Part shown: positions 42,401 to 64,000 of the stretch, one piece after another
Layout of the letters: every line of letters begins with the position of its first letter
Position numbering within the stretch: position 1 is the stretch's first letter
Source of the DNA: Bugula neritina
Taxonomy: Eukaryota > Animalia > Bryozoa
NCBI GenBank assembly: GCA_964035545.1
Contig: OZ037768.1
Coordinates: 20,071,700-20,135,699 of the forward strand
Direction: 5' to 3'
DNA: 64,000 nucleotides
Position numbers and translations under genes: made by a program
Notes under the pieces: generated by a model
The model's database searches: none
What the model was told of the DNA's origin: nothing
The model's input: only the letters and a program-made list of their open reading frames with translations

Positions 42401-43234
42401 TATTAGTTTATTTGAATAAAGGAATTGATTGACTTAGAATCATAAATATCAACACATGAGATTTTGTGCTTTGACTGCTGCACCAAGTCATTTTATTGTA
42501 GTCAGCTTCGATCAATCGTATCACTTTAATATTCCTAATCATAATGATAAAAACAATAATAAAACAAAAAAATCCCGCACAGCCTGTCCTACTAATTTCT
42601 ATCAAACAGTTTTTATGAATACTAATGAAGCAAACTTTTACTGTTTTTACTAAAACAATTGGATTGACTATAGGAAAAGAATATTTAGATCGCACTGTGA
42701 TAACTTAGTAGGTAGACCTGTTCTTTGTTGCAAAATAAAACATTTCATACAATGTTAAGTTTAAAGGCATACATACGCCACATTTGTCCTATCTCTTTGA
42801 CAAGCAGCTCTAACAACAGGGTCATAGTCTATTGACTTATATGGACTAGACTGCATATCGTAGGCCTACAACAAAACCATAACAGCTACAGGATATATAT
42901 TTTTATATCAATGTTTTAGTTGGCTATTAAAACCAATATAGTTAATGTAAATTTTACTAAAACAATAGAAATAATATGGTAATTGATACTATCTAAATTG
43001 TTTAAAGGATATCACTACATCACTTAGTCTTACTAAAACTATTATATCAATATGAACATGGCAATATAAATCTAAGAGTAAAATTTTGGATATTGACAGA
43101 TGTTTAAGTGTAAATTTAATAACAGAAATTAAAATCATATTTTCACTTAAGCCTTAAAATAAAACTTTGGAACTACACACCTTTGGAAAAGTGGTTATAA
43201 CTCTGTCCTTGGCTACGATGGGCAATTCAGTCAT
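39478..43234 (-). CDS. RAB34: Rab34/Rab36-family small GTPase, about 256 aa
   Basis: Exons 43234-43181, 42865-42777, 42258-42193 (GDVAVGKT), 42050-41949 (YKATIGVDFEVEKF), 41659-41595 (WDTAGQERFKCIAASYYRGA), 41192-41065 (VGMKKD), 40764-40674, 40122-40006, 39536-39478 (…KRKKRICQI*). Likely co-orthologue of vertebrate RAB34 and RAB36. Confidence 0.92.
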
Positions 43235-43591
43235 GACGATGATTTGGTACAACCAAGTAACAATAAAAACAATTACAATGTGAAAAAATGTGGCCTGAAT
43301 AAAACAGCCTCTTTTGAAAAAATGGAGCAATAAAATATAATGTCGAATAGTTTGGTATGTTACAATTATTACAGTTGCAAAATGTTAGCGTCAGTGTGAC
43401 CGTGAACGCTCAACACCCATAGCAATTATGTCAACTTCCTTCTACACAATTCCCACTAACTATCGTACCTCTTAGTTGCGAGAGCTAAGCATACTAGCAT
43501 AATACAAAGCCGAATATCTTTTCGCGGTTTTTCACTTTTGCACGACATTAAAGAAAGAGCCTGTTGAACACCCAGCTTTTACACGTGAAGA

Positions 43592-43608
43592 CCCTTTCTT
43601 TTCCTTTT
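43592..43608 (+). promoter_or_regulatory. TCT initiator / 5'TOP polypyrimidine tract of RPL23A
   Basis: CCCTTTCTTTTCCTTTT a few bases upstream of the ATG, typical of ribosomal-protein genes. Confidence 0.75.
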
Positions 43609-43612
43609 AAAC

Positions 43613-46066
<2,454 letters not shown>

Positions 46067-47947
46067 ACTGAAGTCACTTGGAAAGCTCTCGGAAACTTGT
46101 TATTTGCTTTTACTGTACAAACGTCTTGGACAAGCAATACACTTGTTGGAAAACTTTACCAGTTTCTTGTTCTTTATTGCATGCATAGCAGCTCTCGCAG
46201 AAATAGTAGTTCATGAACATGACAGATATTAATTGGAAATATATGATAAGTACTAACTAAATTAGCAAGGAAAAGCATTGTGTAATTGTAAAAATATAAA
46301 AATGAAAGTTATACAAGAGTTGTTGGTCTATATTGTGAGATAGTCACTCGTGTAGAAATGTTCCAATCTTCATTGGACCTCCTTCTATTTGATTATACTG
46401 GTTTAATCTTTCTTCCCTCTGACAAAATGGAATGAGAATTATTAGCTATTTTATCCTGTTGTATGGGGCAAATTATGCTTCTGAACTGGTGTAACTCATA
46501 ATGAAGCTTTCTCCACAATGATTCCGCAGAATTTCTTGATGTTGGTAGTTGTGTTCCCATTGTCGAGTTGAATAGAATACTACTTGCATACATAACTAGA
46601 ATTTGTGGGAGTTTCATTAGAGAGGTCTCATTAGTACCAAAAAATGGAAAGACATGTGTTGTGGTTGCACTAAAATTATAATATTCTAAATATTGAAAAT
46701 TATGTTTTGCTCCAACACAGCCTAAACTCAACTGCAACTAATTGTTAGATCTGGTTTGTTCATTGAGCTCAGGTATAAATTGCATGAGAGTTGATCTGAA
46801 TAACATTATGAATTTTGTACAACATACACGTTATATATTAACATGTATGCTGTACATAACACTCCGCTAAATTTAAAAACTTTCAAGATGGATCAACTCT
46901 GGAGAATAACTTCATAATTAATAACTGCAGATAGGAAATGCATCTTCAAAAGCCACATTTTCAATGTCTTTTCTAAGTTGAGTTCTATAACCTGTATGTT
47001 TTTATCTCCCGTTGGCATCGATGTGTCTCAATTGTCCTCGACTACAGCAGTGTTTATAATTAAGAGTTATCACCTCTTGCATAGCAAGTACAAAATTATA
47101 AAACGACATTCACCAAACGCAGCAAAAATATCATTTTATATGTAGGCTATGATAACACGCTTAGCTCACTCACTCTGTGAACTTGAAAAAAATGAAAATA
47201 TGAATTTATTATATAGTAGTTATTACACGGAGCAGTCATAAGTTATGCATTTGAGTTCAGGGCATTGGAGATGTTGGGAAGGACATCTGATCATAATTGC
47301 TCCTGCGTAAGAGATGCAGCCATTAGCATGCTTTGTAATTGGAACTTCTCGCAGGAATGGAGGCGTTAAAATAAATGGGATTTTTATAGTAGCTATAATA
47401 TGATAAAAACCAATGAGCAACTTGATTTATAAAGGATAAAGGTAAAAAAGCTGAATATAGAGAACAATACAAAAATATTACAATAATGGGAGAAAAAATT
47501 AGTTTACACAACTTATCAAGTTTTAGTATAGTGTTCATGTTTGCTTAAAGTTATGATTAAACAGTATTAAAAAAGAAAATAAAATGCAATAAGTTTAGCA
47601 TACAGGTTACTTGCTTTGTAACTATGCTCGTCATAAAATCTAACTAAAGGCTTTCTGAAACCTAAATAAACGAATCCATGAATATCATCATTTTACAGTA
47701 ATAGTTTCACCTTTAACCTCACAGCTCACTCCAGAAAAATATATTGATTGGATAATGTTTAAGTAAACATTGATAACATTAGATATTAAAATCAGACAAT
47801 TAGTATATTATTGAGTTATGGACAAATATCATTTATGCAGGTAAATATGACAGAGGCAACTTAGCATAGTTTTTACTGACTGACGAAATAATTTGACAAC
47901 TCCGTAAATAATTCCCATCTCTTTCATGCCGTTACCACTTCTCAGTA

Positions 47948-54684
<6,737 letters not shown>

Positions 54685-54744
54685 GAAGTTAGTATTTCAG
54701 CTGACTATAAAAATGTTTTTGATAATATACAATAATTTCAAGAA

Positions 54745-54936
54745 GGAGCAGCGGTGAGGGGGGCCTAGTGGTTATGGTACTGACTTGGTAAACACAAGGT
54801 CAGTGGTTCGAATCCCAGTTAAGGCCATTGGTGATTTTGGGAAGGGTATTCAGTCATAATTGCTCCTGTGCCTCAATATAGTAAAAAGCTCCTTGGCCTT
54901 GCTTTAAAAGAGCCCCTTCCCACGTGAGGTTTTATG
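54745..54936 (+). mobile_element. tRNA-derived SINE with 13-bp TSD
   Basis: GGAGCAGC head, B-box GGTTCGAATCC, core GGAAGGGTATTCAGTCATAATTGCTCCTGTGCC. TSD CAATAATTTCAAG at 54730-54742 and 54937-54949. Confidence 0.88.
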
Positions 54937-55417
54937 CAATAATTTCAAGTAGGAACCAAGCAATTGAATAGTATTGTTTTGCCAAATTTACTAATATTGC
55001 ATTTGATTCAAATTCAAATTGAATGCAGTAAGTATTAAAGGCAGTTCATTTGCTTGTTATTTGGTTGAAACAACTGAAAAAACCCTGATTTGTCTACAGT
55101 TTGCTAACATACAAAATATTGCAGCTATTTTAATAGCAATTTCAACTTAGCTACTCTATGCAATTAACATAAAAATAACTAAGTTGCATTTTAACAAATA
55201 CCTTCAGCTATCTATAACTGGGCAGCGGTGTTTTATCATTTCAAGAGGCCTCAATTTTTAACAAACTCGCTTTAGGAAAATCTAAATTTCTGCTTAATTT
55301 CTCGTAACTTGGTGATGACAATAAAGTCTGTTGATTAGCAATTGCAGCCATTTAATAGAAAGTTATAAATTAGTAAAGTGATATATTAAATAACTAGCAG
55401 TAAGGTAATATATAAAG

Positions 55418-55612
55418 GGAGCAGCTGTGGTCTAGGGGTTAGAGCGTTTGCCTAGCAAACACGAAGTCATGGGTTCGAGCCCAGACAAAGGCCATTGGTG
55501 ATGTTAGGAAAAGCATCCAGTCATGATTGCTCCTGTACACCATCTAAATAGTCCTATTTAACAAAAACTCTTTCCATCAGGAGTTTTTCACAGGGATGGG
55601 AACTATAAACTT
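55418..55612 (+). mobile_element. tRNA-derived SINE, full length, with long flanking direct repeat
   Basis: A-box TGGTCTAGGGG, B-box GGTTCGAGCCC, core, tail CACAGGGATGGGAACTATAAAC. AACTAGCAGTAAGGTAATATAT occurs on both flanks. Confidence 0.88.
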
Positions 55613-55695
55613 GTGTGAGTGATATTAAAACTAGCAGTAAGGTAATATATTGCTACTAGTAAAAGCCTAGTATATTATCACTAATGTTACTGTTA

Positions 55696-56626
55696 CCCCC
55701 TGTTCACACATTACCGTACCGTACGCCGTAATGTAAAATATCAGCCATCTTTAATGTGTCCGGGCTGAAGTTTACAAAGTCCGCTATTAGGTAAGATATA
55801 ACACACCTCATTGGACAATTTTATCCAATGAGTTGACGCAAAAGTTTTTCTATCCAATAGGAACCCACCGCAACTAGTTTGAATCAAGCAGTGCTTGATC
55901 CTAACGTACCGTAGCACCGTACAGGAAGCTCAGACATTTGTGACCCCCTGTTCACACATTGCCGCATCGTAAACCGTAACAGCACAAACAAAATGGCGAC
56001 CCTGTTACATTTTGTCAACGGGTGTTCACACATTGACGCAAAGTACAACGCATGACGTTGAGTTGTGACCCAATCATAATGAGGTTAATTCTTGTCTGCG
56101 GTGATTTGAACGCCTTTGGATATTATTTACAAATTATTCGTGACATTCTTATCAAAAGATGTTATATAAATGCTATTTACTAAATAAAAGCAATTAAATG
56201 GATAGAGTCTCTCTTTTAAATGTATTTGTTTTTAAAATAATTGTGCAAACTAATTTAAATAATGAATATTTAAGCCGTCCAAATCATTTTAAGTTTTTGG
56301 TTTGCGTGATTTTGTGATTAGGGAAAGCTAGATTTTTAAGCTGAGTTTAAATTAAACAAGCCGGACAAAGATTTTTAATCTTTTAAAACTTTTGAATTAG
56401 TTAAATTAAATAAAAAATAAGCGATTAAAATAAGCTAGCGAAAATGTTCTTTAAATTTTAGTACCAGATCAACTCTACCCAATAGGAGCCCGCCGTGATT
56501 TTTTGAATCAAGCACTGCTTGATCAACGCCGCAACGTATACCGGAGTACGATTTAGCCCGGATGTTAACAAAAATCGCTATAATTTGCTGTTACGGCGTA
56601 CGGTACGGTAATGTGTGAACAGGGGG
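55696..56626. mobile_element. MITE, PIF/Harbinger-like, 931 bp
   Basis: Perfect 36-bp TIRs CCCCCTGTTCACACATTACCGTACCGTACGCCGTAA with TTA duplication (55693-55695, 56627-56629). Internal TIR-like copy at about 55944 and an internal direct repeat (about 55854 and 56479). Confidence 0.9.
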
Positions 56627-59293
56627 TTAAGGTAATATACATTTATTACACAAGCATGAGCTGTAACTATGATTAAAGACTATATAACCTGCTGTATTCT
56701 CACTTTCACTGGTGCTCTCACTACTATATATGATGATTGCAACTAATCACTGTGAGAGTAAAACGTAAGGTGTTTCATTTTCATAGTATTAGAAACAGAA
56801 ATCCATTAACATACTATAAGGGCGTAGCAAATTGCTGCCTTTTTCTTTGTATTAGTTATTCAATATACTGAATCTCTCTGTAACTTCCTCCTCTTGTTAG
56901 ATTTAAGGCCACATTTTTCAGTTTCTGGCTCTTTGCCAGTTGCTTTTTGTTCTATATAAACAATGTTCCACTGGTAGCTCAAACACAGCATGTATAAGAT
57001 CGTTCATTTTGCAATATTCTGCACTATGGGGGGGGGGGGGGGTTTAAAAGCTTTTCAATAAGTAACTAAGTACTTTATGGCTAAGTTGTAAAAAAAATCA
57101 GACTGTAGCAGAGCTGTGGGGTTTTCAGTCACCTTAGTTTGCTGCACCGTATACAGGGGTGCGATTCAGCCCGGATGTTACTAAAAGTGGCTAAGATTTA
57201 TTGTGTAGTACCTAATCATTGTTATTAGCTAAACTAAATCCGATAAATAAATTCAATGCCGTAAGTCAATGGTTATAGAGTCATTGAAAAGAGTCAAGGG
57301 AGTTATTGATACACTAAATTAGATTAAATAATTCTACTCATAGCTTTCACCTCTTTTGTCCATGCTTAAAATTGCATTTCTCAATGGAGCCACGTTCAAT
57401 TTAATCCCAAAAACATAATATATATATATACATTAACATGTACACACAAACACATATAGAAAATGTTGTAAAGCAAGAAACTCACCTAGATATACAAGCA
57501 GGAAGTTGGAACAGCTTAAAACACTGTTTGAAGTATTCAGTTTTCACTAAAACATACGGGAAATATTTGTCATGGTTATATTTACTAACCAAGTTGCTTG
57601 TACTGCAGAAGAAGTGGTTGAAGCTATTAAAAAGTGACAGCTAAGAAAAATGCTTTCCTGTTATCAGTGTAGAATTATCAAAACCAGGTTTAAGATGAGC
57701 TTAGCAAGAAGATTGATATACTTGACAAAGAAGTTATGCACAAGGCACAAAGCTTGTGTAAATACTGGATATATAATTTCTAAAAAAAAGTTGCAGCAGA
57801 TACAAACAAAGTAATATTCAACTAGCTGCACCAGTTTTGAAATCTTTTAATTAGGAGTTCACTTGGCAAAAAAATTCTGTTAACTGACGGCACTAGTGGG
57901 CCTATGGTAGACTTCAGTGTTACAAGAAAAGAAGATATCAGATATCGGTTCATTCTTCTAATTTAAGACTTTCTTCTCCTTGCTACTTAGTTCATTTTCT
58001 GTTCTAAATTATTAGGAAAATATTGAAGACACAGAAATTTATACATTACATCATAAATTAACTTATCTCTCTAAAATGTATGTTATGTTAAGTCAAATAT
58101 CATAGTACGGAATGCTTCAATACACAACACATAAATTTCCATCATACTCCTAATTTAAAACTTTCAACTTATAATAAAACTAATTTAGTAAGAGTTGTCT
58201 TCTACAGTTAAAAAAACTGCTATTTTCCAACAAGCTAGATATAAAAACCTAGCTCAATGTCTTTGTACAGCTTGGGCCAATAGTGTAGTATATATACAAG
58301 GTTTTTAAAATTATAGATGGTTGGCTATATTGTAAGGAATCAAGCTTGACCATTTCGGCAAATTGTATTATTTTATGTTGAAGGCAAACATCAGCTATAA
58401 GAAATTATAAAATATTGTAATTTATATTTTCTAAATATGTGCTAGCCATTGAAAAAAATTTCTGCCAAATGCCTTTGTCTATTTTTTGATGAGTTATTTT
58501 TCAAGTAGTTTAAATAATTACAGCTTTTAATACCCATCATATACAATATCTGTTAAATTCTAACATTTATAGTCTAATAATTCACATTTCAAATAAACTA
58601 CAAGTATAAAAACAATGTCTATAGCCAACTTATAGTATATAGAAGTCTTGCATTGACTGCAAGCTGAATAAAATTGATAATTTTCTTTGTTACAGGAACC
58701 AAAACATGTCATTATATACTGCTGTAGCTAACAAAATATTCCGCAGTTATCCAAAGCTATATTCCTAATGAAGATTGAACACTCATGGCTGATGTGCTAA
58801 GCTATCTCTCTACTTTCATGTAGCTGTAGCTTTTATTTCAAGATTGTTTTCTAGAAAAGATGTGTGTGGTCCTGGCAAGCTAGTCAGCTGGATATTAGCA
58901 GTGACTATAAGGGTAGAGTCTTCTCTCATCATTTTAACATTAACCTAGGCAGAGCAAAATTTCAAGTCAAGTTTGGTGAGTAGGTAATTTCATGTATTGT
59001 GTTTTAAAGGATTAGCTTCTACTCCCATTTTTTCATTAAAATTCAGCTTTAAACCACCACCCGCTCTACTTTTCAGACATTTTGTTTGGCTGCTTTCACT
59101 GTAAAATTAACTTTGACTTTGGTGAAAGATATGACAACTTCTCATTCCAAAAATTTATGCAATAGATGTCTATTTATAAAGAACTTTGAAGAACTTAGGC
59201 TATCGCAATTTCTCTACTACTGCTCCTAAATGCTATATAAATGTATGTCTTTGCTTTATTGAAATTATTTTTTACAGCTTGCTTATAGCGTAC

Positions 59294-62257
59294 ATGAGTA
59301 AAGCTGTTGCCATCATGGACTGCAGGTCAAACCAGAAAGAGAATAGTAAGAATGTGCTGGAGCTCTACTCAGACTACAAGATTAGTCCTATTCCGGTGCA
59401 GGACTGTGACGAGACGCAACAAGCTCAGCATTTGCAGCTACTTCTACATGCAAAGAGATGCGGAAAAGTTAGCTACATTTCACAAAACCTGGTATAACAT
59501 TTTCATTATTTATAAAAAAAATTATTATATTTCTCAAGTAGACTTCGTAGTGACAGCTAACAAATTATTTAATTATTACAATTAATTAAAATAGAGAGTC
59601 ATTATATTCACAATGTTTGTTATAGCATAAATTATTCTGATAATTGTGGAAGTCAGGTTAGAAGTTAAATACAAAGGGAATTTTCGCAATAGTAATTTTC
59701 AACTTATTTTCCTTCTTGCAGAATAATAAATCAGATAATTTCTGCCTTCTTCATCGCTGCCAGAGCTACAAAGACATGCTGCTCCACATGTCGTCATGCC
59801 CTCCACCATTGTATTGTAAAGGTAATTTTTATATGCAAGTAAAAAGGAAATGATAAATTTATCTTAACCTAAAGAGATGAATGATTTCCATTAAACAGCT
59901 ACTAAATTTTCTACAATATGAACTTTTATAGAAAAGTGTATTTATAAGCCAAATGATGTGTGGAGAACTTTAAAACTGTTAATTATCTGCATTTGCTGAA
60001 GTTCAATCTTACAAATGTTAATATCTAGCTTTTAGCATTGTAATTGGCTTTATTTGTACCATTTTCTAAGATCTTCCACTTGCACTACGCAGATTAGATG
60101 CACCCCTGCAGTGCAATAAGCAATTATCAAGTACTGCTAGTGAATGACAAAAAGCCATGGTGCCCTTATATCACATAATAAGGAGCAGCCGTGGCCTAGG
60201 GGTTAGAGGGTTTGCCTAGGAAGCGAGAAGTCATAGATTCGGGCTTGACAAGGCCCATTGGTAATGTTAGGACTGAGCATCCAGTCATAATTGTTTCTGT
60301 GCCTCATCTGAAAGGCCATTAGCCCGAATTACCAAAAACCCTTTTTATCGGGGGTTTTCTCACAGGGATGTCGACTATAATGTAGTTACTGATTCAAGTT
60401 TTTCCTCATATGTTTTTCAGATTCAACCTGTAAACAATTCAGACGGCTGATTGGCCACTGGAAAACCTGTTCTCAAGATGAATGTCAGATATGTTTGCCA
60501 GGCGTAGATGCTCAGCTCTGTAACAGCGAGAGCACAACTCCCTTAGATGTCAAAAAGGCCACTGGAAAGATGAATATCATTCCTTCATCCGACTTTGAGT
60601 TGCATAGTAAGGCTTTTCTTGTCTCAAAGTTTTAACTGCTCAACTTGAGTTTCTAAATTAAAGTTAAAAATGTAAAAGTGTAACAAATTATTGATTTATC
60701 ATTTCGATTTTACATTCAAAATTAGTCTAGTAATTGGCAACAGGGATAATTAGGTTTTCTATACATTGTTAAAAACATGAGGAGCTAATAGCATTTGCTA
60801 GAGCAAACTTTCTAATTCATGTTGAAGATTGTTCCATTACATACTGTTGGTATTTTTCCAAGGTTTGGATTTCCCATCAACTAGTGAAGAGATCATCTGG
60901 GGCCGACAGAATACGTGCCATACTCTAATACCTTTAATAGGGAAGAACTCAATACCAACTACTTATACACAATATCTAATCGACTTAGATGTTGTTCACA
61001 GGCCATCAACTGAGGTCAGACAACTCCTGTATAAGCCATTTGCCTGTAGCGCACAGTTTACTTACAAACCACAGAGCAGTCTTTCTGATATTTTTCGGCT
61101 CGACACGAATGAGCCACCAATCATTGTCCACTACAGTTCTGACCCTGATGGAAGGATACATGGTGCAGATAATTCTCCTCAAGCAGGAAGCAAATCGCTA
61201 GTGACGGAAAAGTCTTTCGAACATGAGAGAAATAAGAAAAATAAAAAACGTCTAGACAAAATCAGTTTGCAAAATCGTGGAAATAATAATATTGACAACA
61301 TTAAATATAAATCTACAGAGATGAATCAAATTCAAGGCTCTAACCAGTTTGGCGGTTTCCGCAATTGCAGTATCAAAGATAATTTGGTGGAATGCGACCA
61401 GTATAATGGGGAAACTGTGAATGAGAAACAAGCTGACTATGGGGACATGAATAGCTCAGCTTGTGATCATAATACTCATCAAGTAACTATAATACAAAAC
61501 AGCGCAGACAGTGATAGCGATGTTGAAGTGGTATTGGACAGTACTAGTACTTCTCCCGTTTCATGTACTCTATTCCCGAGTACTTCTCTCGTCTCAAGTA
61601 CCTCCTCACAAGACCTGAGAGATCAACCAAGCTATAACAAGGTGAGTGCTTTACATAAAAACTTATGTTAGAGAACTTAACATTGAAAATCAGGATATTT
61701 GTAGCATATTTGTGACTGCCTAATTATTGTGGAGCAGCATGGGCAAGGACTGCGGAAATAGACCCACAATATGCTGTCTGTAATCGCATGAGGTTGAAAA
61801 ATTAAGCCTTTTAGTTTCTCAAGAGTTAAGAAATACACTGTTTATACTAGTCATAAATATTTACCATCTCAAAGGTGCAATTAAAACATGTTTTGTTTTA
61901 GCTTGGTTAGTATAAAAAGATGCAAGTTTAACCAGTTTACAGGTTGAATATAATATGTGAAAGTGCTATGGTACTCAGTGCATAAGTTTATAATATGGCT
62001 CGAAAAGTGTATAAACTACTAGGAATTTTTTTGGTAGTAACTTAGTTGTAATTAAAGCAAAATTGTTGTGTTTTCTCAAAGAAATGTAAAATAATATTTG
62101 GGTGCAAATTTTCTATATGAATGAGGGAAGACAACTCTGACTCTCCACTCTCATTTATTTTTAGCGGAAGTCAAGGAAAAGAAAGTTGAAGGATGGTGTG
62201 ATCATACCGAGGAAAAGTTTGAGACTAGCCATTGCTAGGAGTAAAGCAGAATATTAG
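59294..62257 (+). CDS. Uncharacterised protein with a single TAZ-type zinc finger and basic C-terminal NLS, about 443 aa
   Basis: Exons 59294-59467, 59722-59821, 60421-60606, 60863-61641, 62165-62257. Spliced sequence QAQHLQLLLHAKRCGKNNKSDNFCLLHRCQSYKDMLLHMSSCPPPLYCKDSTCKQFRRLIGHWKTCSQDECQICLP has three HCCC clusters as in CBP/p300 TAZ domains. The start codon is uncertain. Confidence 0.8.
60182..60380 (+). mobile_element. tRNA-derived SINE in an intron of the TAZ-finger gene
   Basis: GGAGCAGCCGTGGCCTAGGGGTTAGAG head, core GCATCCAGTCATAATTG, tail CACAGGGATGTCGACTATAA. Confidence 0.85.
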
Positions 62258-63542
62258 CATGTAGTGAAAGCAGCTGCATAGTTTTGTATTAAAGCTGTTT
62301 GGTTGTTAAATTAACTAACTTTTTATTATTTGCAAATGAACATTTATTGAAACTAAGACTTGCTATTTTATTAGTAAATAGGCAGCCAATTACTGGTTAA
62401 AACTATAATTTAAAGACTTACATAATATTGTATTGTGTGGACATATCCTATATTGTATACAATTATTCATTTGATAATTTATAACAGCTATACCTTCTGT
62501 TAGATCTCTGGTCTACCTTAGCTGGTATTAAAGAAATAACACAGACATGCATACGATTAACCACACAATGTGTTTTTTGTGTTACTACAGTTATTGATAG
62601 AATATATTAATCCCAACTAGTTGTGATTATCAAAGCTACCATATTTGGTATATTCTTTGATAAGAGAGAATAATAAATGTGTTTTCAATAAAATATTAAA
62701 TAGATTCAAACTTATTCCTTCATTTCTGACCGGAAAAAACAAGAGTATTAGATAATTGTTTTTTTCGGAGCGGTTTTCACATCTAGTAATAATATATTTT
62801 ATTATTCAGATAAATAATATGTCTACTTTTATTATAAAATGATATATAACTACATTAAATACATTAGATTATCAATAATTCAGTGATAATCTTGATCTAA
62901 CAGTAAAGGTACATGTACATGCATGCTAACACATGAACTCCAGGCAAACATAACATCTTATACACTTTGTATCTATCAGTATTATATTATTATATGATAA
63001 ACTGCTATATAACATATTATTATATGGTATATAGCAGTTTATCATATAACAATATTATATTATATAACAATATATCATATAATAATATATTATGCTGGTC
63101 GCTCTATATGCAAGTGCCACTATTCTATGCATTATATAACCTATAACTAACACACATATTAACATGGTACTGGAGAAATTATTCTAAATCTCTAATTTAC
63201 TGTAAGTAAAAGGTGGTCAAGGGATAGAAATTTTAATTAAAATTAAAAAGTATTATTTTTACCTACAGAGTTAGTTATATATCATATATAATTCAGTGCA
63301 ACACATGTAACAGAGTTTAAGCTGAGAGCTAAGGTTACTGCAGGACTAGATAATAATATTATGTGAATGGAAACAGAAGGAATGGATGGGAATTTTCGCT
63401 ATTGGTGGGGGGCTAGAAATAGAGTAAACTATTGACGAAAAATTGTGCTGCTCACCAATATCTTGGGGAGCAAATCAAGTATAATTATGTTGTATTTTTT
63501 TTATTGTGTGTTTTAAAATCATAAATCTGTAGTGTTGTGATC

Positions 63543-63612
63543 ACCCAGTGGTATAATGGCTAGTGTGACTGCTTAAAAACCGGTGATCTTGGGTTCGAAT
63601 CCCAGTGGGGGC
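63543..63612 (+). pseudogene. tRNA pseudogene or tRNA-derived SINE head (different family)
   Basis: A-box TGGTATAATGG, B-box/T-arm CTGGG-like stem with GGTTCGAATCC. The acceptor and anticodon stems are mismatched and the apparent anticodon is AAA. Confidence 0.55.
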
Positions 63613-64000
63613 AATTATTTTACAAAATTAAGATGTATATTTTATGTTTTTTTGCAAGTGAATGCCCCTTCTTTTCCACTCCCTGATATGCTAAGTATGT
63701 CTGGCCATACAAATCAAAAGACAAATACATGTTTGACCCCTATTCAGTTTTGTAGTGAATAACCCTGTTTCATATTGTAAATTGTTTGCGACTTTAATGA
63801 TCATTGCACGAGTTTTTAATAGCAACTGTGCTGCTCCTGAAACTAAGTGTTGCCTTTACAATATTTCTCCACTGTAATAAAGTAACTGGACAACCAACTG
63901 CTTTTCATATATTTCATTGATTATTTTATGGGCTCTTTGAAAATTGAATGCATAAAATAAATATCCTTGTTAAGCTATTGCTTGAGTAGTTAAGGTGTAG

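Noticed and set aside
59294-62257. Calling the TAZ gene CBP/p300
   Set aside because: No KIX, bromodomain, HAT, ZZ or second TAZ seen, and the frame terminates at about 443 aa.
63543-63612. Functional tRNA gene
   Set aside because: Mismatched acceptor and anticodon stems and an implausible AAA anticodon. Kept as a pseudogene or SINE head.

Overview
AT-rich, gene-dense animal genomic DNA, probably an invertebrate, with short GT-AG introns. No prokaryotic features. I hand-spliced 11 protein-coding genes. In order: CDK14/PFTAIRE kinase (-, runs off the left edge), WBP11 (+), FoxJ1 (-), IFT25/HSPB11 (+), a CD-MPR/Atg27-like type I membrane protein (+), BAP29/31-like (+), Tim8 (-), Rab34/36 (-), RPL23A (+), a cAMP-receptor/GPR157-like 7TM receptor (-), and an orphan protein with one stand-alone TAZ zinc finger (+). 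Repeats include several MITEs (three PIF/Harbinger-type with TWA target-site duplications), one tRNA-derived SINE family, and micro/minisatellites. Main highlights: (1) a box C/D RNA in RPL23A intron 3 whose guide matches the elongator tRNA-Met anticodon arm and points to wobble C34 (SNORD97/SCARNA97-like, in a different host gene); (2) long degenerate 6-bp-periodic, self-complementary tracts just downstream of housekeeping-gene promoters; (3) the stand-alone TAZ protein; (4) head-to-head pairs Rab34-RPL23A (as in human) and FoxJ1-IFT25 (RFX/forkhead sites between them). Exon boundaries were read by eye, and homology calls rest on remembered family motifs, not database searches.
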